Source: Squalus acanthias (taxonomy: Eukaryota). Taken from it: a DNA stretch of 64,000 bases. The stretch lies in the NCBI GenBank assembly GCA_030390025.1, contig CM059429.1, forward strand, positions 143,158,001-143,222,000, read 5' to 3'. How positions within the stretch are numbered: the first letter of the stretch is position 1; each line of letters starts with the position of its first letter. The notes beneath the pieces are model-generated. The model searched no databases. It saw only the letters and a list, made by a program, of their open reading frames with translations, and was not told where the DNA came from. A program made the position numbers and the translations under genes. Of this stretch, positions 52,091-64,000 are shown one piece after another.

Positions 52091-52789
52091 GTATGTCCTG
52101 CCCAGACAAGGAAAGTTCCAGATTTGATTCCTGGCTTGTGCCAAATTAACTGATCTCATTTTAGACAGTGGTAGGCCACAACTATCTCAATGCTCCAGTG
52201 TTAGGGAGAAATCACCCAGGGTTCCCACTTTTGACTGCACCCCAGCAACCCCTGGAAATGCACATATGCGGACCATGGGTGATTGAGCTATCATAATACT
52301 CATTGTTGAACAGCCTGCTTACAGTTGTTGTCTAGGCTCACACATGAAGAATGGCTGCTTGTTTGAGGTCCTGGAAGGCCCCGAGCAGCTGTGGAACCAT
52401 ACCGCAGTGAAGGGTCAATTTCTTGAGATGCCTGTTTTATATGGGCAGTAACATGATTGGGTGTAAGTGTGGAAATGATAGAAAATTGGATGTATAATGT
52501 CAGCACATCATTACCATCTCAGTTCCAACAGCAATAGCCAAATATGGGCATGCAGTTTTCCTGGCTGATACAATAGACATCGTAAAATGAGGGGGAAGCT
52601 GAAGTATACCAGATTCTCAGTGGCTGGGCTTCCTCCCATTTAACACTGGTACAACAGGCAGCTGGGAGAAAATGGAGGCTCAGGATTTTCGTTCCTGTTC
52701 CTCCCAAAGCCATAAAAATCCACTATGCGTTCTCAGAAAACTTTTAAAAACCATTATCACATTGTAGCAAACTGAAGCTGCAATCCTTC

Positions 52790-53092
52790 TTCGAACTCTA
52801 CGTTCCTCGAACTCTGGCCTCTTGTACATTCTCCACTCTCTTTGCCCCACCACTGGTGACTGCGCCTTAAGTTGTCTAGGCCCTACCCCCAGCAATTCTC
52901 TCGCTAAACCTCTCCGCCTCTCTCTCTTCCTTTAAGACCCTCCTTAAAACCCACATCTGACAAAGCTTTTAGTCAACCCTCCTAATATCTCCTTTGGCTC
53001 AGTGTTAATTTTTGTCTGATTACACTGCTGTGAAAGACCGTGGGACTTTTTTTTTTACATTAAAGGCGCTATATAAATGCAAGTTGTTGTTT
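52790..53092 (+). mobile_element. L2 LINE 3' fragment
   Basis: Homologous to 1700-1945; ends aaaggcgctatataaatgcaagttgttgtt. Confidence 0.85.
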
Positions 53093-53591
53093 CAACACAC
53101 TGAAGAGGTGGTCCTTTAAACGCAGTGAATAGAACACTTCCTCTTGGTGTTATAGACCATTAAAAGTAGCTTTCTTTGACACTAATAATACACAACCACC
53201 ACCTTCTGGAACTTCTGCTGTTCTTCGCCAACCCTCTCAAGAGCCATTATTCGTTAGGTTTGTCCACGTAATAGCCACTGCCTTCATGTGAAGCAGTGAG
53301 ATATTTCAATGGGATAAGGCGCTACACACAAGTCCAAGTTTTGTGTGATCTTGTTGATCAGAAGCGTTATAAATAATACGGATCGCATTGGGGCTTGAAT
53401 AAACACTGCATCATTATGCTCTCTATGAAGTGCTGAGCCGAAAGAACCAATAAATTCATCAAATTTATATCTGCATAACATCAAGGCAGAGCACTGATGA
53501 CAGAGTACACTGCTTGATTATACTATACTGGTCCATACCCTCACACCTCTGATGAAAAACTTATTCACTGAAACCATTCAAGGTCTACAAA

Positions 53592-54032
53592 AACATAGAA
53601 ACTAGGAGCAGGAGTAGGCCATTCGGCCCGTCGAGCCTGCTCCACCATTCAATACGATCATGGCTGATCATCCAAATCCAGTACCCTGTCCCTGCTTTCT
53701 CACACAGAATCCCCATCGAGCCTGCACCGACACATATCCCACCCTATCCCCGTAACCCCACGTATTTAATTCCCCCTAACATATCCCATCCTATCCCTGT
53801 AACCCCACATATTTAATCCCCCCCTAACACGAAGGGTCAATTTATCATAGCCAAATCAACCTAACCCGCACATTTTTGGACTGTGGGAGGAAACCGGAGC
53901 ACCCGGAGGAAACCCACGCAGACAAGGGGAGAATGTGCAAACTCCACACAGACAGTCACCCGAGGCCAGATTCGAACCCGGGTCCCTGGCGCTGTGAGGC
54001 ACCAGTGCTAACCACTATGCCACCGTGTTAAC
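53592..54032 (-). mobile_element. V-SINE (HE1-like), near-identical inverted copy of 46051-46492
   Basis: The reverse complement aligns end to end with 46051-46487, with only a handful of substitutions and short indels. Confidence 0.92.
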
Positions 54033-55432
54033 ATAAGAACATAAGAAATAGGAGCAGGAGTAGGCCAATCGGCCCCTCGAGCCTGCTCCGCCATTCAATA
54101 AGATCATGGCTGATCTGATCCTAACCGCCAATCTACTATCTATCACAGAACCATCTCCTGCATCTAACAGAATTGCACACACGAAATAGGAGCAGAATCA
54201 GGCTACAAGGTCCCTGGGCCCGCTCCACTACCCACAGGGCCATGACCGATCCGAACCTAGACTCATGTCCAAATTCCTGCCCGCTCCCCGTAACCCTTAA
54301 TGCCCTTTACTTCTAGGAAACTGTCTATTTCTGTTTTAAATTTATTTAATGATGTAGCTTCTACAGCTTTTTGTGGCAGCATATTCCATGGACCTACCAC
54401 CCTCTGAGTGAAGTAGTTCCTCCTCATCTCAGTTTTGAAAGAGCAGCCCCTTATTCTAAGACTATGTCCCCTAGTTCTAGTCTCACCCATCATCGGGAAC
54501 ATCCTCCCCGCATCCACCCGATCCAACCCCTTCACAATCTTATATGTTTCAATAAGATCGCCTCTCATTCTTCTGAACTCCAATGAGTAGAGTCCCAATC
54601 TACCCAACCTCTCCTCATATGACCACCCCCTCATCCCCGGGATTAACCGAGTGAACCTTTTTTGCACTGCCTCGAGAGCAAGGATGTCTTTCCTTAAGTA
54701 AGGACACCAAAACTGTATGCAGTATTCCAGGTGCGGTCTCACCAATACCTTGTACAACCGAAGCAATACCTCCCTATTTTTATATTCTATCCCCCTAGCA
54801 ATGAAAGCCAACATTCCATTTTCCTTCTTAATCACTTGCTGCACCTGCATACTAACCTTTTGAGTTTCGTGCACCAGGACCCCCAGATCCCTTTGCACTT
54901 CAGTACTCTCCAGTTTCTTGCCATTAAGATAATAAATTGCACTACTATTTTTCCTGCCAAAGTGCATCACCTCACACTTTCCAGTGTTGTATTCCATCTG
55001 CCAAATCTCTGCCCACTTACTTAGCCTGTCTATGTCCCCTTGCAGGTTTTTTATGTCCTCCTCACTCACTACTTTCCCTCCCATCTTTGTATCATCTGCA
55101 AATTTTGATATGTTACACTTGGTCCCTTCCTCTAAATCGTTAATATAGATTGTAAAGAGTTGGGGACCCAGCACTGACCCCTGTGGAACACCACTAGTTA
55201 CTGATTGCCAGTCTGAGAATGAACCATTTATCCCAACTCTTTGCTTTCTGTTAGATAGCCAATCCTCTATCCATGCCAGAATATTACCCCCAATCCCGTG
55301 ATTGTTTACCTTAAGCAATAATCTTTCGTGTGGCACCTTGTCAAATGCCTTTTGGAAGTCTAAATACACTACGTCCACTGGTTCCCCTTTATCCACTCTA
55401 TATGTTACTTCCTCAAAGAACTCCAGCAAAGT
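54033..55432 (-). mobile_element. Young CR1 LINE, 5'-truncated, with an uninterrupted 388-aa RT C-terminal ORF (54263-55429)
   Basis: Open frame through YLDFQKAFDKVPH, GVPQGSVLGP, KFADDTK and RPHLEYC to the natural stop; tail cttatgttcttatgtt. Confidence 0.95.
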
Positions 55433-55440
55433 TGCCCCAC

Positions 55441-56940
55441 AACAACAACTTCCTGTATTTATATAGCGCCTTTAACGTAGTAAAACACCCCAAGGCGCTT
55501 CATAGGAACGTTATCAAACAAAATTTGACACCAAGCCACAAAAGGAGATCTTAGGGCAGAAAAGAGGTAGGTTTTAAGGAGCGTCTTAAGGAGGAAAGAG
55601 AGGTAGAGAGGTTTAGGGAGGGAATCCCAGAGTGGCGGAGAGGTTTAGGGAAGGAATTCCAGAGATTAGGACTTTGGTAGCTGAAGGTACGGCCGCCAAT
55701 GGTGGAGCGATTAAAATCGGGAAGGCGCAAGAGGCCAGAATTGGAGGAGCGCAGATGATATCTCAGAGGGTTTGTAGGGCTGGAGGAGATTACAGAGATA
55801 GGGAGGGGAGAGGCCATGGAGGGATTTGAAAACAAGGATGAGACTTTTTAAAATTGTGATGTTGCTTAACCAGGAGCCAATGTAGGTGGGCGAACAGGAC
55901 TTGGTGAGAGTTAGGAGAGTTAGCAGAGTTTTGGATGACCTCAAGTTTACAAAGGGTCGAAAGTGGGAGGCTAGCCAGAAGTGTGTTGAAATAGTCAAGT
56001 CTAGAGGTAATAAAGGCATGGATGAGGGTTTCAGCAACAGATGAGCTGAGGCAAGGGTGGAGTCGGGCAATGTTACGGAGATGGAAATAGGCGGTCTTAG
56101 TGATGACGTGGATGTGTGATCGGAAGCTCAACTCGGGATCAAATATGACACCCAGTCTGGTTCAGCCTCAGACAGTTGCTGGGGAGAGGGATGGAGTCGG
56201 TGGCGAGGGAATGGAGTTTGTGGCAGGGACCGAAGACAATGGCTTCAGTCTTCCCACGATTTAGTTGGAGGAAATTTCTGCTCATTCAGTCTGACAATTT
56301 AGAGACAGTGGAGGGGCCGAGAGAGGTGGTGGTGAGGTAGAGCTGGGTGTTGTCAGGGTACATGTGGAAACTAACACTGTTTTCGGATGATGTCGCCGAG
56401 GGGAAGCATGTAGATGAGAAATAGGAGGGGACCAAGGATAGATACTTGGGGGACATCACAGGTAACGGTGTGGGAGTGAGAAGAGAAGCTATTGCAGGTG
56501 ATTCTCTGGCTACGACTAGATAGACAAGAATGGAAGTAGGCGAGTACAGTCCCACCCAGCTGGACGACGGTGGAGAGGCGTTGAGGAGAATGGTGTTGTT
56601 AACCGTGTCAAAGGCTGCAGACAGGTTGAGAAGGACGAGGAGGGATAGTTTACCTTTATCATAGTCACATAGGATGTAATTTGTGACTTTGATAAAAGCA
56701 GTTTCAGTACTGTGGTGGGGGCGGAAACCTGATTGGAGGGAGTTCCAGGAAAGATGGGCACGGATTTGGGAGGCGACAGCACGTTCGGGGACTTTGGAGA
56801 GGAAAGGGAGGTTGGAGATGGGGCGGTAGTTTGCAAGGGGTCAAGGGTTGTTTTTTTGAGAAGAGGGGTGACGACGGCAGATTTGAAGGGGAGGGGGGAC
56901 AGAACCTGAGGAGAGAGAACCATTAACAATATCAGCTAAC
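55441..56940 (-). mobile_element. L2 LINE, 5'-truncated
   Basis: FKSAVVTPLLKK, decayed YADDTQLY (YPDNTQLY) and [11 protein letters not shown]; tail aggcgctatataaatacaggaagttgttgttg. Confidence 0.92.
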
Positions 56941-56944
56941 ATGG

Positions 56945-57405
56945 GAGGGAGGGAGGGAGGGAAGGAAAGAAAGAAAGACCTCATGACGTCCTAATGCGCT
57001 TTAGTCAATGAAGTACTTTTTGAAGTGCAGTCACTGTTGTAATGTAGGAAACGCGGCAGCCAATTTGCGCACAGCTAGCTCCCACAATGTAATAATGACA
57101 TGATAATCTGTTTTTTTTTTAGTGATGCTGATTGAGGGATAAATATTGGCCATGACACCAGGGATAACTCCCCTACTCTTCTTCGAAATAGTGCCATGGG
57201 ATCTTTTACGTCCACCTGAGAGAGCAGACGAGGGGGCTCGGTTTAATGTCTCATCCGAAAGACGGCACCTCCGACAGTGCAGCACTCCTTCAGTACTGCA
57301 CTGGAGTGTCAGCCTGGATTTTTGTGCTCAAGTCTCTGGTGTGGGAACCCACAACCTTCTGACTCAGAGGCAAGAGTGCTATCCACGGAGCCACAGCTGA
57401 CACAC
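56945..57405 (-). mobile_element. Deu-domain SINE (SacSINE1/AmnSINE-like), near full length
   Basis: tRNA-like head at ~57340-57403; Deu-type core ccatgggatcttttacgtccacctgagag...gtctcatccgaaagacggcacctccgacagtgcagcactc; CT-rich tail. Confidence 0.8.
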
Positions 57406-57499
57406 CGGTGGTCATGGGGAAGGGAGGTAAGCGGCAGAGGCAGCTGAACGGATGGTTTCAATCTTAGTGACAAAGAAGTCCATGAGCTTCTAAACAGTG

Positions 57500-60400
57500 T
57501 TAAAGTCGGGAATTTGAAGAGAGTGGGAATTCGGAGCAGAGGAGGGAAGGTGGTGCCTCATTTTACCTCCATTACTTGTAGTACTTGTGTTACAGGTAAA
57601 TACTTAATTTAATCTACCTGTAACTTAAACTAGATCAAGTAATCACTTAACAAAACTAAACTATAAGCTAAGTTAATGAAATACATAAACTCTAATTAAT
57701 TAAATAAATAAAACAAGGTTATATAGGGATGGCAGTGCAGGTGGTGTGCTGCAACTGCAGCACGTGGGAGTTTGTGGAGAGCATCGTGACCCCGGACGAC
57801 CACGTCTACAGTAAGTGTCTGCATCTCGAGGAACTTCAGCTCAGAGTTGTTGAGCTGGAGTCTAAGGTGCAGACATTGTGGGGCATCAGGCGGGCAGGGG
57901 GAAAGAGTTACCTGGACACTTTGATCCAGGAGGCAGTCACACCCCTTATGTTAAGTAGTGGTACAGGTTTGGTTAGTGGTAAGGGACAGGAGGGTGTGAC
58001 TGCAACTCAGGCAGGTAAGGGGTCCCCAGGTGCAGTGCTGGAGGAGCCTCAGCATTTGCCCTTATTCAACAGGTATGAGGTTCTTGCTGCCTGTGTGGAT
58101 GAGGGCAAAGTCTGCAGTGGATGAGCAAACTGACCACGGCACCATGGTACAGGAGGCCATTCAAGTGGGAGGAGTGAAAAGGAATGTTGTAGTGGTTGGG
58201 GACAGTATAGTCAGGGGGACAGATACTGTTCTCTGCAGCTGTGACTGGGAGTTCCAAAAGCTGTGTTGCCTGCCAGGGTTAAGGATATCTCTTCGCAGCT
58301 AGAGAAGAATTTGGAGTGGGAGTTGGATGATCCAGTTGTCGTGGTCCACATAGGAACCAACGACATAGGTAGAACTAGGAATGAGGTTCTGCCGAGAGGG
58401 TCTGAAGAGCTAGGGTCCAAATTAAAACGCGAACCTCAAAAGGTAATAATCTCTGGATTGTTACCTGAGCCACGCGCAAATTGGCATAGGGACAAGCAGG
58501 TCAGAGTGTTAAATGCATGGCTCAAAGAGTGGTGTGGGAGGAAGGGGTTTCGATTCATGGGGCACTGGCACCAGTACTGGGGAAAGAGGGAGCTGTTCAG
58601 TTAGGATTGACGCCACTTAAACCAGGCTGGGACCACTGTCCTGGCGAATTGAATAACTAGGGCTGTAGATAGGTCTTTAAACTAAAAAGGGGGGTTGTGG
58701 TCAGATATGGGGAAATTTAGAAATCTAAAGAAATAGTCAAGGCAATGGAGCAGTGTAGCGATTTAGGTAAAGAAGAGCAGAATGTGACAGGAAAGGACAG
58801 ACAGTTTAACGGTAATAGTGCATCAATAGTTAAAATTAAAGGCTCTTTCTCTGAATGCACGAAGCATTCGTAACAAGATAGATGAATTAGAGGCACAAAT
58901 AGAAATAAATGGCTTTGATCTAATAGCCATCACAGAGACGTGGTTGCAAGGTGACCAAGGTTGGGAACTAATTATTCTAGGGTACTTCACATTTCGAAAA
59001 GACAGGCAGAATGGAAAAGGAGCCCTGATAATAAAGGATGACATAAGGACAGTAGTAAGAAAGGATCTTGGCTCGGAAGATCAGGAAGTAGGATCAGTAT
59101 GGGTGGAGATAAGAAATAACAAGCGGCAGAAAACACTGGTGGGAGTAGTATATAGGCCCCCCAAACAGTAGCTATACCATTGGACAAAGTATTAATCAAC
59201 AAATAATAGGAGCATGTAACAAAGGTAATACAATAATCATGGGGGACTTTAATCTTCATATAGACTGGGCAAATCAAATTGGCAAATTGGAGGACAAGTT
59301 CATGGAATGTATTCGAGACAGTTGCCTAGATCAATAAGTCATGGAGCCAACCTGGGAACAGGCTGTTTTAGATCTTGTAATGTGTAATGAGACAGGGTTA
59401 ATTTGTAATCTCATAGTAAAGGATCCTCTGGGGAAGAGTGATCATAATATAAGTATTTCACTCTCTAACCAAATGTGAAATTCTAAGTCCAAAACTAGAG
59501 TCTTAAACTTAAATAAAGCCAATTACATAGGTTTGAGGTGTGAGTTGGCTAAGGTAGATTGAATTAGATTGAAAGGTATGACGGTAGATAAGCAGTGGCA
59601 AACATTTAAAGAAATATTCCAAAATTCTCAATGAATATACATTCCATTGAGAAATAAAAACTCCACGGGAAAAGTGATCATCCGTGGCTAACTAAAGTAG
59701 TTAAGGATAGTATTGGAATAAAAGAGGTTTATAATGTTGCGAAGATTAGTAGTAAGCCTGAGGATTGGGAGAGCTTCAGAAACCAGCAAAGATGACCAAA
59801 AATTGATAAAAAGGGAGAAAATAGAATGAGAGTAAACAGCAAGAAACATAAACGAAGATTGTAAGAGCTTCTACAAGTATGTAAAAAGGAAGAGAGTAGC
59901 AAAAGTAAGCGTTGGTCCCTTAGAGGCTGAGAGAAGAAATATTATAAATGGGAAATAAGGAAATGACAGAGACTTTAAACAAATATTTTGTATCTGTCTT
60001 CCCAGTAGAAGACACAAATAGCATACCAAAAATACTTGGGGACCATGGGGCTAATGAATGAAGAACTTAAAGTAATTAATGTCAGTAGAGAAAAAGTACT
60101 CGAGAAACTAATGGGATTAAAAGCCGACAAATCCCTTGGACCTGATGGCCTACATCCTAGGGCTTTAAAAGATTTGGCTAGAGATAGTGGATGCATTGGT
60201 TGTGATCTTCCAAAATTCCCTAGATTCTAGAACGGTCCCAGCAGATTGGAAGGTAGCAAATGTAACACCGCTATTCAAGAAAGGAGGGAGAGAGAAAGCA
60301 GGAAACTACAGGCCAGTTAGCCCGACATCAGTCGTCAGGAAAATGCTGGAATCCATTGTTAAGGAAGTAGTGTCAGGGCACTTAGAAAATCATAACATGA

Positions 60401-61700
60401 TTAGGCAGAGTCAACATGGTTTTATGAAAGGGAAATTGTGGTTGCCAAATTTATTAGAGTTTTTTGAGGATCTAACTAGCAGGGTAGATAAAGGGGAACC
60501 AGTGGATGTAGTATATTTGGATTTCCAAAAGGCATTTGATAAGGTGCCACATAAAAGGTTATTACACAAGATAAGGGCTCATGGGGGTAATATAGTAGCA
60601 TGGATAGAGGCTTTGTTAATGGACAGAAAACAAAGCGTAGGGATAAATGGGTCTTTTTCAGGTTGGCAGGCTGTAACTAGTGGGGTGCCGCAAGGATCAG
60701 TGCCTCAGCTATTTACAATCTATATTAATGACCTAGATGGAGTGTAATGTATCCAAGTTTGCTGACGATACAAAGCTAGGTGGGACAGTAAGCGGTAAGG
60801 AGAACACAAAGAACACAAAGAATCTGCAAAGGGATATAGATAAACTAAGTGAGTGGGTCGTAAGGTGGCAGATGGCATATAATGTAAGGAAATGTGAGTT
60901 TATTCACTTTGGTAGGAAGAATAGAAAAACAATATTTTTTAAATGGTGAGAAACTTTTAAATGTTGGTGTTCAGAGATTTGGGTGTCCTCGTGCAAGAAA
61001 CACAGAAAGCTAGCATGCAGGTACAGCAAGCAATAAGGAAGGCAAATGGCATGTTGGCCTTGATTGCAAGGGGGTTGGAGTACAAGAGTAAGGAAGTCTT
61101 GCTACAACTGTACAGGGCCCTGGTGAGACCACACCTGGAGTACTGTGCACAGTTTTGGTCTCCTTACCTAAGGAAGGATAGACTTGCCTTGGAGGCAGTG
61201 CAACGAAGGTTCACTAGATTGATTCCTGGGATGAGAGGGCAGTCCGATGTTGAGAGATTGTGTAGAATGGCCCTATACTCTCTGGGGTTTAGAAGAGAGA
61301 CTCTACTCTAATGAGAGGTGATCTCATTGAAACTTACAAGATTCTGAAGGGGATTGACAGGGTAGATGCTGAGAGATTGTTTCCCCTGGCTGGAGTGTCT
61401 AGAACTAGGGGGCATAGTCTCAGAATAAGGAGTAGGCCATTTAAGACCGAGATGAGGAGGAATTTCTTCACTCACGGGTTGTGAATCTTTGGAATTCTTT
61501 GCCCCAGAGGGCTGTGAATTCGGAGTCTTTGAGTATATTCAAGGCTGAGAAAGATAGATTTTTGGACTCATGGGGAATCAAGGGATATGGAGATCGGGCG
61601 GGAAAGTGGAGTTGAGGTCGATGATCAGCCATGATCTTATTGAATGGCAGAGCAGGCTCGAGGAGCCGTATGATCTACTCCTGCTCCTATTTCTTATGTT
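57500..61700 (+). mobile_element. Near full-length decayed CR1 LINE: ORF1 (Cys zinc finger, coiled coil, SGNH esterase) and ORF2 (APE endonuclease plus RT)
   Basis: ORF1 from 57729: CCNC...SKCLHL, VVVVGDSIVRG, VVVHIGTND. ORF2 from ~58840: LNARSIRNK, AITETWLQ, IIMGDFN, SDH, then RT motifs and tail ttcttatgtt. Many frameshifts and stops. Confidence 0.95.
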
Positions 61701-62414
61701 CACGAGTGCCTCGTTGGGCCCATCGGAGGATGCCAAGAGAGGCACAGAGGGAAGCTGGAGGCTTATCTAAGAGGGAGTCAAGCATGGGAGAGCAGGAAGG
61801 TGGAGGAGTGATGAAGGGTTGGGATAGGGATTTGGGAGGGCAGAGTACCCGAGAGGGGAGAAATGAAAGGAAGCATGATGACAGGAGACGGGTCTAGGAG
61901 GGGTAAAGAGAAATGAAGTAAAAAAAAAGAGAAAAAGTGGAAATAGAAGTGATGGGCTCGGGTCTGGAGCAGCAGCCAAAACATGCACGCGAACGGACAC
62001 AGAGAAAACTCAAGTTACACAGGCCTGGTTATGTAGCAATTATTAGGATACATATATCCTGGTAGTAAACGGGGAACAGAGGGGAAACAATAGGAGGGAG
62101 TCCAGAGTTGAAGTCAGAGGTCACGTGGTGGGATAAAGTTGACGTAATTAGGGTGGAGTTGGCATGGCGCCTCGACGAACTGTTGACCAACTTCGGAGAC
62201 AAGTGTGGTGGGCAAGTGAAGTCCAGAAGCTATTTGAAGGGTAGAGTATCGGAGGATGCACTGATGGCGATATTTCCGTGGGAATGAAGATCCAGGTGGT
62301 GTGCAGAATCGAGGCAGGAAAAAGAGTGGCGAAGTTGGAGGTCACCATAAGATCCAGAAGCGGCAGAGAAATGTACTTCAGCCCAGGAGCGTGAAACTCT
62401 AGCCAGGAACCAGA

Positions 62415-62512
62415 CTTTTCTGACGAAAGGTTATCGACCTGAAACATTAACTCTGTTTCTCTCTCCACAGATGCTGCCTGACCTGCTGAGTATTTCTAAC
62501 ATTTTCTGTTTT
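62415..62512 (+). mobile_element. Penelope-type repeat fragment carrying a minimal hammerhead-ribozyme-like core
   Basis: CTGACGA (62420-62426), stem aggt/acct, GAAAC (62441-62445), then the same sequence as 2952-3015. Confidence 0.65.
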
Positions 62513-64000
62513 TGCACCAGACTGTAGCTGAAGCTGAAGAATCAGTAGGCCAGTCATAGGCTCAGCAGGTAACAGCAATGGTGGGGGAAGGGCTGTAAGC
62601 TGATCAAAGTTACTTTAAAATTTAAGCAACTGAGCAGCAGATCAGAGACACAGCAGCTGAGCCTTACGGTGTAATCCAGTGCAGAAGTGTAGTCTTGATG
62701 TGCAGAGAAGTCCAGGAATTTGGAAGCCAAAATTAAGAAAAGATCCAATGCTCACTGAGGAAAGCAAAGAGCAGGCATGGTCAGGGGATGGGTAGTGGCA
62801 GTTTAAACTAGCAGTTAGCTTGTCATTGGGGCTAAAATGTGCCCACTATTATAGCTGGGGAAACTTAAACAGTGGAAGAGAGGAGATTGGTGGAGAAATG
62901 GCAAAGGATGGCAGTGGATGGCCCAGGATAGAAGTGCACAGTAAGGAGCTCCCTAGAGAGCCGACAGCCCAGGAGTCATCTTGAATCCAACTAAACTGCT
63001 CAAAACTGAAGATTATTGATGTACCAGTATTGCACGGGGATGAAAACACCCTCTGCAAGCAAGGAAGTGGATACTAATGTTAGCCATAGTGACGAAAGCT
63101 GTAGGTAACTGGGAAAGAAAGTGTAGGTTATGACTACCAATGTAGAGTGAAGGCTCCTTGATCTACAGTAATTCTGCATAGGCAACCAAGTTGTGAAAAC
63201 TTATACTGCTTTGCGTAAAAACCCCCCACAAAGATGACTGCTGCATGTAGGCTGATGATATTTGAATCATGGACTAGACATATGCTGGATTCCACCTGAA
63301 TTTTAAATTTTTTTGTGGCTCTATCCTATGGAACCGAAATAACAAGACATACGCTTCATTGGAGCCTGCTTCTAGACTGGGCATGTTGAGTATAATTAGA
63401 ATTTTTCCCAATAAAACATTAATCCAAATTACTCCAGCAGTCTTATTACTTGCTGGATGGCCGCCTTAATTGACCTGCCAGTAGGTATTTCATCAACCAG
63501 CTATCCAAGTATCACCACACTTGTAGACTACTATCACGAAGAGAAATGTGACAACCAGATTAGGTGGTGAAATCAGGCTAAACTTTACCATTCTGTACTG
63601 ATGCAACTGTCAATTTTGAATCTCAGACACATCCTGCAAGATCCCGTCCATCCTGTATAGAAATGTGTCTTTTTGATTGAACACAGAAACCAGCTCCCTG
63701 GTGTGAAAAATCTACACTAGAGTTCCCACCTTGAACTTGTCTTTCAGCATGGAAGACATCAAGGTTTAAGGCTCTGGATTGCTCAGAACTCCACCTCCCC
63801 CCCAATGTATTTGGGTACTGCAAAGTAACTGGGATAAAAGTTGAGTTTTCCAGGCCAAAAGAACCTTTTCCGTAGCACAGCAGAAGCAATTTCTGCACCT
63901 TGCAGTTTAGAAGATCCCTCAAACTATGCTGAGAAAATCACTCCCCTGAATTTCACAGAAGACCATGTAAAGTGCTACCTCATTGGGCGGGGTCACCTTA

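Noticed and set aside
53548-53575. ctgatga...gaaac hammerhead-like boxes
   Set aside because: No stem II pairing between the boxes.
48632-64000. Search for further upstream POU2F1 exons (POU domain and adjacent region)
   Set aside because: No recognisable Oct-1 peptide with proper splice sites; these exons probably lie beyond the window end.

Overview
Eukaryotic genomic DNA, very likely from a cartilaginous fish (shark). This inference rests on the V-SINE/HE1-like and Deu-domain SINEs, the abundant CR1 and L2 LINEs and Penelope-type fragments. Two spliced genes meet tail-to-tail, and neither is properly represented in the ORF track. On the + strand I can assemble five phase-0 GT-AG exons of CD247 (CD3 zeta): 10276-10365, 13265-13306, 14735-14791, 17558-17593 and 18562-18645. 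They encode the second half of ITAM1, all of ITAM2 and ITAM3, and a proline-rich tail. On the - strand are the last three coding exons of POU2F1 (Oct-1): 48253-48631, 43433-43521 and 41027-41325. The ~22 kb between the two stop codons is almost free of transposons and probably holds a very long POU2F1 3'UTR. The flanks (1-8.8 kb, 15-18 kb, 49-62.5 kb) are packed with nested LINEs, SINEs and MITEs. The best leads are a near-identical inverted SINE pair flanking one POU2F1 exon, a Penelope-type minimal hammerhead ribozyme motif, an SH3-ligand-like CD247 C-terminal extension, a cluster of octamer sites in POU2F1's own introns, and a head-to-tail retroelement train. I see no evidence of a wholly new gene system. 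Most short ORFs in the track are noise or transposon fragments.
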